This document shows positions 14,139 to 27,345 of a stretch of 64,000 nucleotides of DNA, piece after piece (positions within the stretch are counted from its first letter, which is position 1; each line of letters opens with the position of its first letter). The notes beneath the pieces were generated by a model. It did no database searches and was not told the origin of the DNA. It was given only the letters and a program-made list of their open reading frames with translations. The position numbers and the translations under genes were made by a program. Origin of the DNA: Vicugna vicugna (lineage: Eukaryota). The stretch is taken from the NCBI GenBank assembly GCA_013265495.1, contig MU057999.1:248001-312000 (forward strand), read 5' to 3'.

Positions 14139-15879
14139 CTGTAAAATAATAAGAAATCAGGAGAAAGACAAGTGAAATCTGAAACGTCAGGGGTTTATTT
14201 TTAATTATAAGTAACAAAATAAAAATTACCTAAAACAACAAGAAAATCTCAAACATACTTAAAAACATGATTATCATTAAAAATGTAAAATTTTAAATGA
14301 CCGTAACGTTTCCTACAAATGCACTTTCTTGATAGGGAAAAATTATAAACTCAAAAGATGTTTCCTGTGGATTAGAGTCTCTTAAAACACACTCTAGCCA
14401 CACTAAATCTTTAAAGGGTAATCCCCCTAAAAAATGACTTGAGCATGAGCATATTATGGTAACATTTGGTTCATCATCAGGCTTAAGAAAAAAGCCCCAC
14501 ACAGTCTGCAGAGCAGTACGATAACCAAGAGTCTGAAACTGCCACAAGAAGCCAAGAAGTCTTCAGTACATCACATGGGATTTAGAATCTGATTTCTAAA
14601 TCCTAAATTTACCACTCATTGTCTGTGTGAACACCTCTCTTGGCCTTAGTTTCCATACCTCTAACATGAGGATGCCACCAACCACACAATGTTGCTATGA
14701 TATACAAATAAAGCCACGCACGTAGGAAAAAATCTTGTTTGTTTTAAAATTTCCATGGCACACATAAATACTTTCATCCTATTGTCTAATGACACCTCTT
14801 CCATTGGTACCTGGAAATAACTATTCCTTTTCCCCAAGATTATGTAACTTTTTACATAATTACCTCATTTCCCCGACTAGGCTGAAAATTCCTAGATGGA
14901 AAAAACTAAAGTGAACTCTTTTTTTTTCTTTTTTACACCCAATGCTTTGTATTCTGTGCCACAGAAATAAGCATTTAATAAATATTTGATAAATAACACC
15001 AAATAACAGCCTTAAAAACATTCCTACTTCTTAACTTAGTAAATTCTGCCTCTAAGGATATTAATAAGGAAATATTATTAAACATAAGAAAGTTACATGG
15101 ACAAGGATGGTTAATGCAGTATTACTAGTAAAAAGTTGCAAACAAGTTGAATGTCCAAATATAAGGAAGTATACTGAAATAAGAGGATAGCATAAAACAA
15201 CCAAACAGTCACAAAGAGGTGTTAAGAGAATACGAGTGAAAGCTTATTTTTACAGGAAAGCAAGACACAAAATTCAGTTATGTTTGCAAGACACTTACAA
15301 ATATGGAGAAAAAGGAACAAAACTGCACAGAAATATGCCAAGAGTTGTTGTCTTTGAGTTGTGGGACTTTAGATCATGTCTACCTTCCTTTTCTGTATTT
15401 CCTAAATTGTCTCAATTAACTATGTATCTCTTTTAAAACCACAGTCTCACAATTCTGGCCTAACAATGCACAAGTGAACGCCGAAGGCCCCCCCCTCATG
15501 CTGTGCAGGAATTACTAACAGGGAAAGAAAGCACTGACCCTGAGGAGCCGGGAAAATGAAGACTCAGAGACCAGTGAACCTGCATGAGGCCTCTCTGTAG
15601 GGCCTCTGCTTACATTACAGCCTGAGAGCGGCAGTGATGCTTAGTCTCTCTTTACAGGTGATGAAATCCATGCAGGGAGAGAGGGGTAAGGTAATCTGCC
15701 AAGGACAAACAGCAAGCACATGGAAAAAAAAATTCAAATCTTCATCTGATTCCAATCCCTGTGTTTTCCCCTGGATCACTGCACAGTCCCTCCCAGCAGA
15801 GCAAGGCCGAGTACAGGGGAGAGGATAGAGCCTCTTCTCACATCAGGACCCATGCATATTCATACTACGGTGATGACAG

Positions 15880-16223
15880 CAGGAGGGGGCGGGAGGCGGA
15901 ACTGGAGGAAGTTGGTCAAAAAGGTACAAACTTCCAGTTACATAAGATAAATAACTCCTAGGGATGACTATACCTAACACTGCTGTCTGAGATGCAGGAA
16001 CACTGCTGAGAGAGTAAATCCCAAGAGCTCTCATCACAAGGAGAATTTTTTTTTCTTTTCTTCTTTCTTTCCTTTGTATTGTATCTATATCAGAAGATGG
16101 ATGTTAACTGAACCTCCTGTGGTAATTATTTCACAATATGTGTAAATCAAATCATCACGGTGTACGCTTTAAACGTATACAGTGATGTACGTCGATTCTC
16201 TCTCAATAAAACTGAAAAAAAAA
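15880..16223 (+). mobile_element. L1 3' UTR fragment (middle-aged subfamily)
   Basis: ggtacaaacttccagttacataagataaata ... gtaaatcccaagagctctcatcacaagg ... caataaaactgaaaaaaaaa; same family as 41660-42290. Confidence 0.8.
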
Positions 16224-16799
16224 AGACTACAGCAGGTTTGCACTCAGGTTTAGCTGAGCATGCCATGGTTTCGGGGTAATAAGAAGAGCCACCCATCAAA
16301 ATTATTTCTCTGTTCCTTTCCTCATGACTGAAATTCACTGAGCAGAGCTTTTTAAAGCATTTGCTCCAAGCCCAGTCATTCTGCTGGAAAAGATCAAATC
16401 CTTTATTCTTTCATCAGAGGATTAAAAGCCCTCGGGAGAGGTGACAAGCTGCATGAAAACATTTCAAAGTGTGCATGGCTACTCTTCATTCTGCCCATTT
16501 TGCTAAGGAAAGGAAGATAAAGAGGAAGGCCTGGGATCTGTAAGAGTGGATGAGCAAGGGCAGAGGCAGGTGCTGCAGAGAACAAGGCAGAGGAAAAGGC
16601 AGGCTCTGTGGGGAGCTGAGGCAAGAATGCGTCCAGTCCTCGGTCTGGCCAAGCGCCTCTGCAGAGTGGAGCCGCAAGGCATTCAGCAAAGTGCCTGCCA
16701 TCAGGCACTGCTGCAATGGTATGTAGGAACATTGTTAAGACAGTAAATCCCAAGAATTCTCATCACAAGGAGGATTTTTTTTTTTCTTTTCTTCTTTCC

Positions 16800-18257
16800 C
16801 CCTTTGATAACCATAGTTGTCTGTGAGCCTGTTTTTGGCTTGTAAATATAATTTGTATCTTTTTTTTCTTAGATTCCACATACAAGTGATATCATATGGT
16901 ATTTTTCTTTCCCTTTCTGACTTACTTCACTTAGAATGACGATCTCCAGGTCTACCCATGTTGTTGCAAATGGTATTTCATTCTTTTTTATGGCTGAGTG
17001 ATATTCCATTGTGTATATATACCACAACTTCTTTATCCATTCATCTGTCAATGGACATTTAGGTTGTTTCCATGTCTTGGATACTGTAATTAGTGCTACT
17101 GTGAACATTGGGACATTGTGTCTTTTTGAATCAGTTTTCTCTGGATATATGCCCTCTAAGAGGGGGATTGCTGGATTATATGGTAAATCTATTTTTAGTT
17201 TTTTAAGGAACCTCAATACTGTCCTCCATAGTTGCTGCACCATTTTACATTTCCACCAACAGTGTAGGAGGGTTCCCTTTTCTCCAAACCCTCACCAGCA
17301 CTTATCATTTATGGACTTTTTAATGATGATCATTCTGACTGGTGTGAGATGATACCTCCTCGCAGTTTTGATTTGCATTTCTCTAATATCGGCGATGTCG
17401 AGCATCTTTTCATGTGCCTGTTGGCCATCTGGATGTCTTCTTTGAAGAGATGACTAGGTCTTCTGCCCATTTTTTGACTGCGTTCTTTTTTCTTTTTTTT
17501 GATATTAAGCTATATGAGCTGTTTGTATATTTTGGAAATTAGTCCCTCGTTGGTCTCATCATTCGCAAATATTTTCTGCCATTCTGTAGGTTGTCTTTTT
17601 GTTTTGTTGATGGCATCCCTTGCTGTGCAAAAAGCTTTTAAGTTTAACTAGGTCCCATTTATTTATTTTTGCTTTCATTTCCATTACTCTAGGAGCTGCT
17701 TTGAAAAAACTATTGCTGAAATTTATGTCAAAGACTGTTCTGCCTATGATTTCCTAAAGGAGTTTCATAGTATCAGGTCTTACATTTAGGTCTTTAATCC
17801 ATTTTGAGTTTATTTTTGTATGTGGTGTTAGAGAATGTTCTCATTTCATTCTTTTACAGGTAGCTGTCCAGTTTCCCAACACCACTTATTGAAGAGACTG
17901 TCTTTTCTCCATTTATACTCTTGCTTCCTTTGTTATAGATTAATTGACCACAAGTGGGTGAGTTTATTTCTGGACTTTCTATCCTGTTCCACTGACCTAT
18001 GTGTCTGTTTTTGTGCCAGAACATATTGTTTTGATTACTGTAGCTCTGTAGTATAGTCTGAAGTAAACGAATGTGATTCTTACAGCTCCTTTCTTCTTTC
18101 TCAAGATTGGTTTGGCTATTTGGGGTCTTTTGTGTTTCCACACAAATTTTTAAAATTTTCTGTTCCAGTTATGTGAAAAATGTCATTGACAATTTAATAG
18201 GTATTGTACTGAATCTATGCATTGCCTTGGGTAGTATGGCCATTTTAACAATATTGA
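16800..18257 (-). mobile_element. L1 ORF2 3' portion with truncated 3' UTR
   Basis: ORFs 16869..17243 ([34 protein letters not shown]...SLVCGI*) and 17854..18141 ([18 protein letters not shown]) are L1 ORF2 C-terminal sequence with frameshifts. Confidence 0.92.
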
Positions 18258-18391
18258 GTGGAAAATAACAATATTAAACCACACAATTTTAACCCTTCAA
18301 AAGGACATCTTCAGTCCCTCAATACTGTGTGTTCAACTTTTTTAAAGGCCTCTGGCTTTTTTATTTTCAGTGAAACTAAAAAGATTATCTG

Positions 18392-19400
18392 CATACAACA
18401 AAAACAGCAACAACAACAACAACAACATAATAATAATAATAATAACTCAATCCAACAATGGGCAGAAGACCTAAATAAGCAATTCTCCAATGAAGACATA
18501 CAAATGGCCAATAGGGACATGAAAAAATGTTCAATATCACTAATCACGAGAGAAATGCAAATCAAAACTACAATGAAGTATCACCTCACAGAATGACCAT
18601 CAGAATGACCATCATTCAAAAGTCCACAAATGATAAATGCTGGAGAGGGTGTGGAGGAAAGGGAACCCTCCTACACTGCTAGTAGGAATGTAATTTGGTG
18701 CAGCTATTATGGAAAGTAGTATGGAGAGTTCTCAAAAAACTAAAAATAGACTTACCATATGATCCAGCAATCCCCTTTCTGGGCATATATCCAGAGGGAA
18801 CTTCAATTTGAAATGATACATGCACCCCAATGTTCATATCAGCATTGTTTACAATAGCCAAGACATGGAAACAACCTAAATGTCCACTGACAGATGACTG
18901 GATAAAGAAGTTGTGGTATATTTATACAATGGAATTCTACTCAGCCATAAAAAATAATGAAATAATGCCATTTGCAGCAACATGGATGGATATGGAGATG
19001 GTCATTCTAAGTAAAGTAAGCCAGAAAGAGAAAGAAAAATACCATATGATATCACTTATATGTGGAATCTAAAAAAAAGACAAATGAACTTATTTATAAA
19101 ACAGAAACAGACTCACAGACATAGAAAACAAACTTATGGTTACTGGGGTGTGGAGGGAGGGAAGTGGGTGGGAAAAGATAAATTAGGAGTTTGAGATTTG
19201 CAGATACTAATTACTATATATAAAATAGATAAACAAGTTTATACTGTACAACTCAGGGAACTATATCCAATATCTTATAGTAACCTATAGTGAAAAAGAA
19301 CATGAAAATGAATATATGTATGTATATGTATGACTGAAACACTATGCTGTACTCTAGAAATTGACACAATACTATAAACTGACTATACTTCAATAAAAAA
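18392..19400 (+). mobile_element. 5'-truncated L1 (ORF2 C-terminus, 3' UTR, poly-A)
   Basis: ORF 18830..19072 is the L1 ORF2 end; AATAAA near 19392; candidate TSD AAAAAGATTATCTG (18378-18391) / AAAAAGTATATCTG (19397-19410). Confidence 0.92.
18398..18446 (+). repeat. Compound (CAA)n(AAT)n microsatellite inside the L1
   Basis: caacaacaacaacaacaacataataataataataataac. Confidence 0.85.
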
Positions 19401-20908
19401 AGTATATCTGTTCATTACTTTAATCAATGTCCCAAGTATATGGTAAACCTACGCAGACATCAGCTTCAGAATTTGAAACCAGAAAAATTTTTTTCTCCCC
19501 CAAGAAACATGTAAGTTTCTTTCCCTTCTAATAATGAGATTTATCAAATTTTAATGTTTCCTTCAGCTTTGCTTTCCCAGAAATTAAGAGTTGTTTTATG
19601 CTCAACCACAGTAAAAATAACTCCTTACTGCTGGCTTGTTTCCTTTTCTACCATCACAATGCCAGAAAATTGTTTTCATTTTCATTACCATTTTATTGAT
19701 CTTACTATAGCTGCCTTCTTTTTAGGTTCACAGATTCTTTTGAACATGAACCAAAGCATAAATAAAATTCAAAGATAAAACAGTGTAGTCATCTTATCTT
19801 TTGGTAGACTCAAGTAACTGCTCAAAGTACACAGAAACTACAATGCATGATGCCTTTTGCACACATCACTTTCTTTTTTTTTCCAGAAGTCCATTAATAC
19901 CCTCCAGTGACAATGGACACCATTCCATATTTAAAACATATGTGACCAAAGTTTCAGTAGGCATACAAATTAAGTTGACTCTATACAATAGTTTAAAAAA
20001 ACCCAAACAAATCTTGCCCCAACACTGACCCTGCTGCACATTGTGATACTATATTTAAGCCCTTTTTGGCTTAGAAGATAGAATTTTTTTTGTTATAGTT
20101 CTGTGAAGAGGTTGGTATTAAGCTTTTTTAAAAAAAGTTCTTCATATAGAACTATAAGTATTTTTTTAAAACTCATACTATGAACTAATGAGGAGAGATT
20201 GGCTAACTAAAACGTGGTCCATCTGTTCAATGTACTGCTAGGTAGTCTTTTTAAATGTGGACATGAATTTACTTACATGAAGAGTTAGATACATTGTTTT
20301 GCTGTATCAAGAAGCATGTTAACCTTGTTAAGGATAATGGCATTGTGATTATATAGGAAAATATCCTCAATTTCTCGGAAAATGCATGCTAGAAATGCAT
20401 CGAAAGTGCTGAAATGTCCAATTTACTCACAAATAAAATATCTATCTATCTACTTATATCTACCTAAATAGATGACAGATACATATATACACATGCACAG
20501 CAAAAACAGCCAAAATGTTAATTATTAATGAATTCAGGAGATGGGCTTATTGGTGTTTATTATTCTTGTCTTTGGTACTCTATATGCTCAAAACTTCTTA
20601 ACAAACATTTTTAGCATATGTGTATCATTATACTATTTTTGAAGGGACATATGCACATAAATATGTATAAACTCTTCCTTGAAAGCTCAGCTATAATTAT
20701 CCAGATGTGAGCTTATACCCTTCTTTACACTTTACTATGTTTTTTATTTTTTGTGCAATGAGTATGTATTCCACTTTTATATTCAGGAAAAAAATTAAGC
20801 TATTCTAAAAACATCTGCAATTCAGAACACACCAGAACATTCTTAAAAATGTAGCATACAGTGTTTACTATGCTTAACATTTAAATGCTGGGTGGTTTCT
20901 CCTCTTAC

Positions 20909-20978
20909 CTGTGATGAAGACCTCGTAGCTTACAACTTTCAGTAAGCATCATTGTCACCTGAATTTCAGAAGCTTGAT
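20909..20978 (-). CDS. RYK: RYK exon 10
   Basis: Reads (D)QASEIQVTMMLTESCKLRGLHH; 70 nt; acag| and |gtaag. Confidence 0.97.
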
Positions 20979-21159
20979 CTGTGTAAAGAAAAAGACATTG
21001 TCATATATAGTATGATAATATTATACATAACATCAATATTTTCTGGTACTAGTAAGTAATTACATCAGACTATACAGTAAATTTTCATAAAAGTTACAGG
21101 CATATCTAAATAGGTCTAGGCTGAAATTCTATTGCAGGAGGTAGAGTCTCACTGACAAG

Positions 21160-22030
21160 GTCAACATCAACAGAAGCCATTAAAGATAGATTTGACTATG
21201 TAAAAATTAGAAATTAAAAGGTTCCAGAAACAAAGTAGTGAAAGTAATAGCAGACTGGGGAAACAGCTACAACATAATGTATGTAAAAGGCCAATTTCAT
21301 TTTCCCCTCTTCTTTAAAGAATCTATACAATCAATAAGGAAAAAATGTGAAAAAGAGGCAAAGAATATAAACATAATAGTTTACTTGAAAAAAACAAACC
21401 ACACAAATGACCAACAAAATTTCAAAATGACTTTCGGTCTCACTCCTAAGTAAAGAAATGCAAGTTACATCGGGAGAAGCCATCCTCCTCGTCAGGCTGG
21501 AACAGACAAAAAAGCCCGCTACCTGCCAGTTTAAGCAAGAGTGTGAGGGAACAGGTTCATCAACAGCATGTTGGATAGGTGGGGGAAGCAGTATCTAACA
21601 AAATTTTTAAGTGCACATACCCTTCACCATCATCAGTCCCACTGCTAAGAGTCTACTCACAGAAGCTCACCAATTGTACAGCTGTACAACTGTTCAACTG
21701 TAACAGCCAGAAACCCTAATAACCAAAGTGCCCAGCGACAGAGAACTAGTTAAATTAGCACACAAGAATACTATGCAGCTATCTTTTTAAGAAGTTTTGT
21801 CTATATGCACTGACAGAGGAAGATCTGCGAGATGCATTAAATTTTAAAAGTAAGGTGCAAAACTGTGTGTGTGTGTGATCAGTCGTATTTCAAAAACAGA
21901 TTTATTTGGAAAATTAGATATATTTGGTGCTTTTTTTTTTCTTACTCATGGAGAGTCGTAAGAAATTGTTTATGGTGGTTACTTTTAGAGGCGGGAGAAT
22001 TTATATTTTGTAACTTTCTGTCCTGTTTAC
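21160..22030 (+). mobile_element. Ancient L1 (L1M-type) 3' fragment
   Basis: Degraded motifs gactatgtaaaaattagaa, aaagaaatgcaagtt, gaatactatgcagctat; boundaries approximate. Confidence 0.55.
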
Positions 22031-25000
22031 ACTTTCTAACTTAATATACAACTATAAAAAATGACCACAGGAGTTGTGACTGGAGATTGTGGTGCATTTT
22101 ATTGTCTTCTTCTTCTTACCTCTCTGTGGTTAAAAACAAACAAACAAAAAGAATTAATATTACATTAGCAGAAGAAGATTTAATTTTCAGATAATACCCA
22201 AAATTAGTATGATTATTCCATTTTATTTTCAGCTTCTTAACTCATGCTTTTTGGTCCAAAGTAACAAAACAGAACTAAAATTGGCTTTTAAGTTCAATGT
22301 TTTGAAATAAAACATGATAAATGCAATTTACCAATGTCTTTAGTCTGCACCTTCCAAAGAATTTGAAGCCATCAAATATCTGCACAAATCTACAAGGATT
22401 TCTTATCTTACAGGGATCACTAGCTTAATGGTACAGAGGATTTTCTCCACTGTTTGAAAAGAACATTTCCATTAAGTGAATAATATATTTTCATTATAAA
22501 ACTGAAAATGAGTTTTAATTTTTTAAAAATGGTTTTTAGATTTCAAAAACAAAATTAAGAGTATATTGTTAATACTTTCAAAGAAACTAATAATAAATTT
22601 GTATGTCAACAGTAAAAAAACAGTAATAATAATTTATAAATCTTCTTATCAATGCAGTAGAAGAGAGAAAAAGATAAGACTGGCAAAGCCAAGACCCACA
22701 TCCCAGCTCTATCTAGTAAAATGCTGAACCAACAGTAAAATCCAGACCACTAAACTCAGGCACCATGATCACACATTCTCTCCTTAAAAGTGGAGCTGTC
22801 AAAGCTAAGAAATCATAAATTTCACTTACTTCCAAGTCTAACTAACCCATGGAATCACTCCCTCTCCCACTACTTGCTACTACTGTCCACTTTCCAGACA
22901 GCTTCACTTGGTTAAAACTTCTGTAGGAATGCAAAGTGAGTAGACAAAAGCAAAGAACTTGAAACACTTGCTACTGCTTTAGAAAAAGAACTTTATCCCA
23001 ATGTATGCTGGAATAAACTCTAGTTATTTAAAAACTGTTTAAAATTTAGGATCATTTAGTAAATGGTAGAATGCACCTTTTTACTCTTTCTGATCTGATT
23101 TTTAATAAAATTATGGCTAGGATTCTTTAGGGGCTGGAAGGATGTTTTTAGAAATAAAAACTAGTAATAGTTGGAGGTCTGCAGCCAGTTGGTAAGGGTT
23201 TACTTTCCTGTAAACTTGTACAGAGATCCAAGTAGAATAAAAGGTAACTTCAGGATGTGTCATTTTTGGAATAATTTTTCAAGTTCTTAACTTTGATAAA
23301 CATGTTCTATTAAACAAGGGGCACTTGAGCTGGAAGATAGGCTAAGAAAACTTCGGAGAAAAAATAATTTTATATATTAAGTAAGAAAAATCATTTTCCT
23401 GGATTCCTTACCCAGTCTGGTCCTAATCTTTTAATTTTAAATACTGAAAGGTCTACCCTTAATATATATACATTTGAGAAGTATACTATATAATAATTTA
23501 CATTCTAAAAGTTATAAGAAAGAACAAAATGATTTTAAAAATCCACTTATTTCTAAGCTGTAAAAAATTAGAAGCTATTAAAGAAAATAATAATGTAATA
23601 TCAAAATCTCAAATTGATTCATTTTATGGAATTCAATTTCACAATATTCATTCTGTGAAAATCAGATTCCAAACTTCAATCTCTGGAAATTTATATTGGA
23701 ATATTCATTAAATCTCTGTGAAAAAAATACAAATCTTTTAAGAAGCCAAATGTCAATTTCCAGCTTATGTCCAAAGGCAAAGGTCATTCTTTTAAAAACT
23801 ATTTTTTTTTTTGCATTTTAAGCTATGCTTCTAACTGTATAGCTTGTAACAAAGCTATACATTTGTCAACGAACTTCATCAGCTCTACATAGCTTCAATT
23901 TAAAAATAAAAATAACATTCCCAAAGAACAGATCTCATATACTCAATCATGTGGAGTTATTTAACAATTTTGAGGCAAAGAATGTGGTCAGCACACTTCC
24001 TCTGTGTTTCCCATGCAAACCATGACCATATCCTGGCTAAGGACTCACTGTGCTTTCTCTTGTTTCCGTCTGGCTCTGAAAGAACATTATAATTACAGTG
24101 GTAAGACACAGAAACAAGCAAGTGGCTACAATTCAAATGTATACGGAAAGAGAAATCTTATCTTGTGAAACAGTTCCAGTATCCACATTGTGTTTTCTTA
24201 TCACTATTATTTCCTTTTTTCCTCCTCTTCCAATCCTAAATCAACCCAATTCTGAACAGAAACCTCTTCTGTTAATTCAAGATTCATTCAGGACAAATTA
24301 ACAATAGCCTAGTTCTAAGTTATCCATAGAATATTTATCAACCCCAGAAGAAATACTAGAACGAAAGGGAAATGTTTCCTTAAAAAAAAAAAAAAATAAG
24401 AAAATATAACAAGAGGCAGCAGTTATTAACCTTAAGGTTCAAATTTTACATTTACAAAGAATAATATGGAAAATATCCTTCAAAACTAGTCAGAAAACTT
24501 AGTTTGACCAAACTTAAATACCAATCTTTAAAATAAGTGTTTTGAGCTTAGGAGAAGTGAGTGACTAAAATAAATACTGAACAATATTGTAAGTTAAACC
24601 ATTTGTTTGGAAAAATAAGAAGTATGAATGTGTGTTTGTGTTTGTAGTATTCTTAAGCAAGAACTTCTGCTAAATTAAAAGAAACAAAATTCCAAGGATT
24701 TTCTTTAGATTAGTATAACCCAACTTTTTAGAAGCACTAAACTTAAATTCTTCATACTTTCCAAGAATTCCTTGAAGTAAATTTAGAAACGTTAAGTTCT
24801 TATAAAGTAACTTTGTAAACTTCATAAATGGTCACCTTGCTACTCATAATACTAAATCTAATTTTGCCCTCAATTTCTACACCTGAAATGCTAAATTTGT
24901 TTTTCCAAAATTAATATCCGGTTATCTCAACTTATATCAGACACTGTCAGACATTAAGCACTATTTAAATTACCAACTTTTCTTTCCTCTTAAAGTGAAC

Positions 25001-25871
25001 AAAGAGACTTAGCAAAGAATTAAGATTTTACAAGTATCAATTATAAATCATTAAAATTCTAACATCTAATATTTTAAAAGGTCTTGCTAATTTACCAGTA
25101 TTAGGCAATAAGCCATATATAAAAAATAGTCTAGTATATTGAGAATCTCTAACTGAAAAATTTATGTAAATCAGTAAGTGAAAAATTAAGCATCACATTT
25201 CTCCAAAAGGATAGTACGTAAAAAGTATTCTGTTCATGAAAATATAAACATTAGAAAACAATCCAGTAACATCTACCAAAATTTTAATGTAAACACCTCC
25301 TCGGGCAGCAATTCCAACTACGACTATACTTGCAAAACTATACCAAGAAATACACACACACACACAGATATTTCTGCAGGTTACATATAACAACAAAAAA
25401 AGGAGGGAAGAGGGAGTGAGAGGAAGGTAAACAGCAGCTATTCATATATGGTATGGTGGGTCTGGGGGGCATTTTTTCCTTTATAGTCCTCAGTACTGGG
25501 GGTGGGGGTGAGCTGAAACAAAGGAAAAACTACTAACAACGTTTTTTAAGAAGGAAAAACCGAAGAATTTTAATCTTGGGGAGAACATATTAGACAAAGC
25601 AAAAATGAAGTCATGTGAATGCAGTTTAACTAGAAGCCTGAGTACTGGGTGTATCTAGCAAATGTTTAATGTCTTAATTCATTAGCTTTTATTTTCTATA
25701 CCTTAGTGAGAACCACACAAATCTCCTAAAAAGTTAGACTATATGAGCTAACTCAACATGGACTGATTTAAAGGTCTTGCACACACTGGGAATTTGAGAC
25801 AGAATTTCACTGGCATAAGCCACCTCAGACAGAAAAGTATTATGGGAGTAGCACGGGAAATAAAATCCTAC

Positions 25872-25958
25872 CTTTAACTGTTTTTACAAATGTTTGTTTT
25901 TCTTTGTTTGGATCCTTTTCATCTACTAAAATCCCATGGAAGATACGCCCAAAAGTAC
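25872..25958 (-). CDS. RYK: RYK exon 9 (pseudokinase subdomains I-II)
   Basis: Reads (G)TFGRIFHGILVDEKDPNKEKQTFVKTVK; 87 nt; ttag| and |gtagg. Confidence 0.97.
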
Positions 25959-26659
25959 CTAAAAGGGAAAATAATAATTATTGAGATCATATGATAACTT
26001 TCATAAAATAATAAGTAACTTTCTGGCACAACATAAATTAAACATAAAAAGGGCATATGTGATTTATTACTCCATTACTCCAGCCCTAGAGTAAAAGGAA
26101 CTCAAATCTTTGTTTTTTAATGTAAGAAGTTCTTTGTAACTATAAAATATCTTGACTTGTCTTTAGAAATACTATATTTAAATTAAGTATATGACAATTC
26201 TTTCTGAAATATCCTAAACAAACTAATGATACAGCCAGGAGCACAGGAGCTCAGTAATGGGTATCTACAGAGGCACTTCTCAGTTTTTAGGCTTAGCCTC
26301 AGAGCAATGACAAAGGAGAAAAATGGACTCTGCTCATACATTCAAATACACATCAAAAACTCTGTTTCCGTTAATTACTATTTGCCACTGAGGACAGTTC
26401 AAGCCCCTCCCTCAGCTGTGACTGACCTACAAACATTCCAACCAACAGATGAATTCATACTGACTCATATGCATCCAAAACATTCCAAATTGAATTACGG
26501 AAGGGAAGAAAAAGAAATTCTCTATTTAATAACTTGAAGAGTTCAAAAATTAGTATTTTATTATTAATTTCTGTCCTCTTTTTTCAGCATTCTCCCCAAT
26601 CAATAACCTAAAACTCAAAAAAGAAACCAAGGACCAGCAAGTGAAGAAGGGAAAGGTAC

Positions 26660-26880
26660 TAATATCTACCAAACACCTATCATGTGTTAGCTCATTTAAT
26701 GTGCATCATTTCATCTAATCTTCACAACCAGCCTAAGAGTAGAAAACATAGTCCTAATTTACAGAAGAGGAAACTGGACATGGAAGACAGTTAAGTGATC
26801 TCTCCAAAGTCACACAAGTAATAAATTATGGGACCAGGGTTGGAACTTGGGCATAAATCCAAAACCCATGCATGTTTCTT
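26660..26880 (-). mobile_element. MIR SINE
   Basis: MIR core tcatctaatcttcacaacc...tttacagaagaggaaactgga...gttaagtgatctctccaaagtcacacaagta. Confidence 0.65.
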
Positions 26881-27219
26881 CTGCTAGAACCCTCCCCACT
26901 TTCCATCACAGAGATAATTACCTCGAATATTTCCAAGAGGCCTGCTAGGAGGTAAACATCTTTAGACAACAACTAAACAGAAAATATACTTTAAAGGTGA
27001 CAAACACTAGTACATCAAGAACTGCACAAAAGCTGTATTAAGGCAAATTAAAGACCTAAAGAAAGGGGAAATAAAAATCAGTTTTATAGAGGGAATAAAT
27101 TGTGCACTGCTTCTTATCCTTAGACACAAAATGAGATGAAATTCCTAAAATTTGACAAAAAATTTTAGAGTACTAACATTAAATCTTTCTTGAAAATCTG
27201 ATTTTGAGATAATAAATAC

Positions 27220-27345
27220 CTTCTTGGAGTACATCTTTTAGAGTTATCCTCTCCCTGGATATGGCTATGTCCTTCACCTTAGCTTTGGCCTCCGAAAGAG
27301 TGACGCTTCTCAGGTCGTTCTTCTCTATTCGCAAGGTAGGGTAAC
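27220..27345 (-). CDS. RYK: RYK exon 8 (AG-acceptor form; may extend to 27354 through a TG acceptor)
   Basis: Reads (S)YPTLRIEKNDLRSVTLSEAKAKVKDIAISRERITLKDVLQE; 126 nt; tcag| and |gtattt. Confidence 0.96.

Noticed and set aside
18258..18596. ORF with poly-Gln/poly-Asn tract (poly-Leu/Cys on the other strand)
   Set aside because: Translation of a microsatellite within an L1 fragment
16869..19072. L1 ORF2-like ORFs as functional genes, or as one twin-primed inverted L1
   Set aside because: Truncated and frameshifted; the two arms cover the same L1 region, so they are separate insertions
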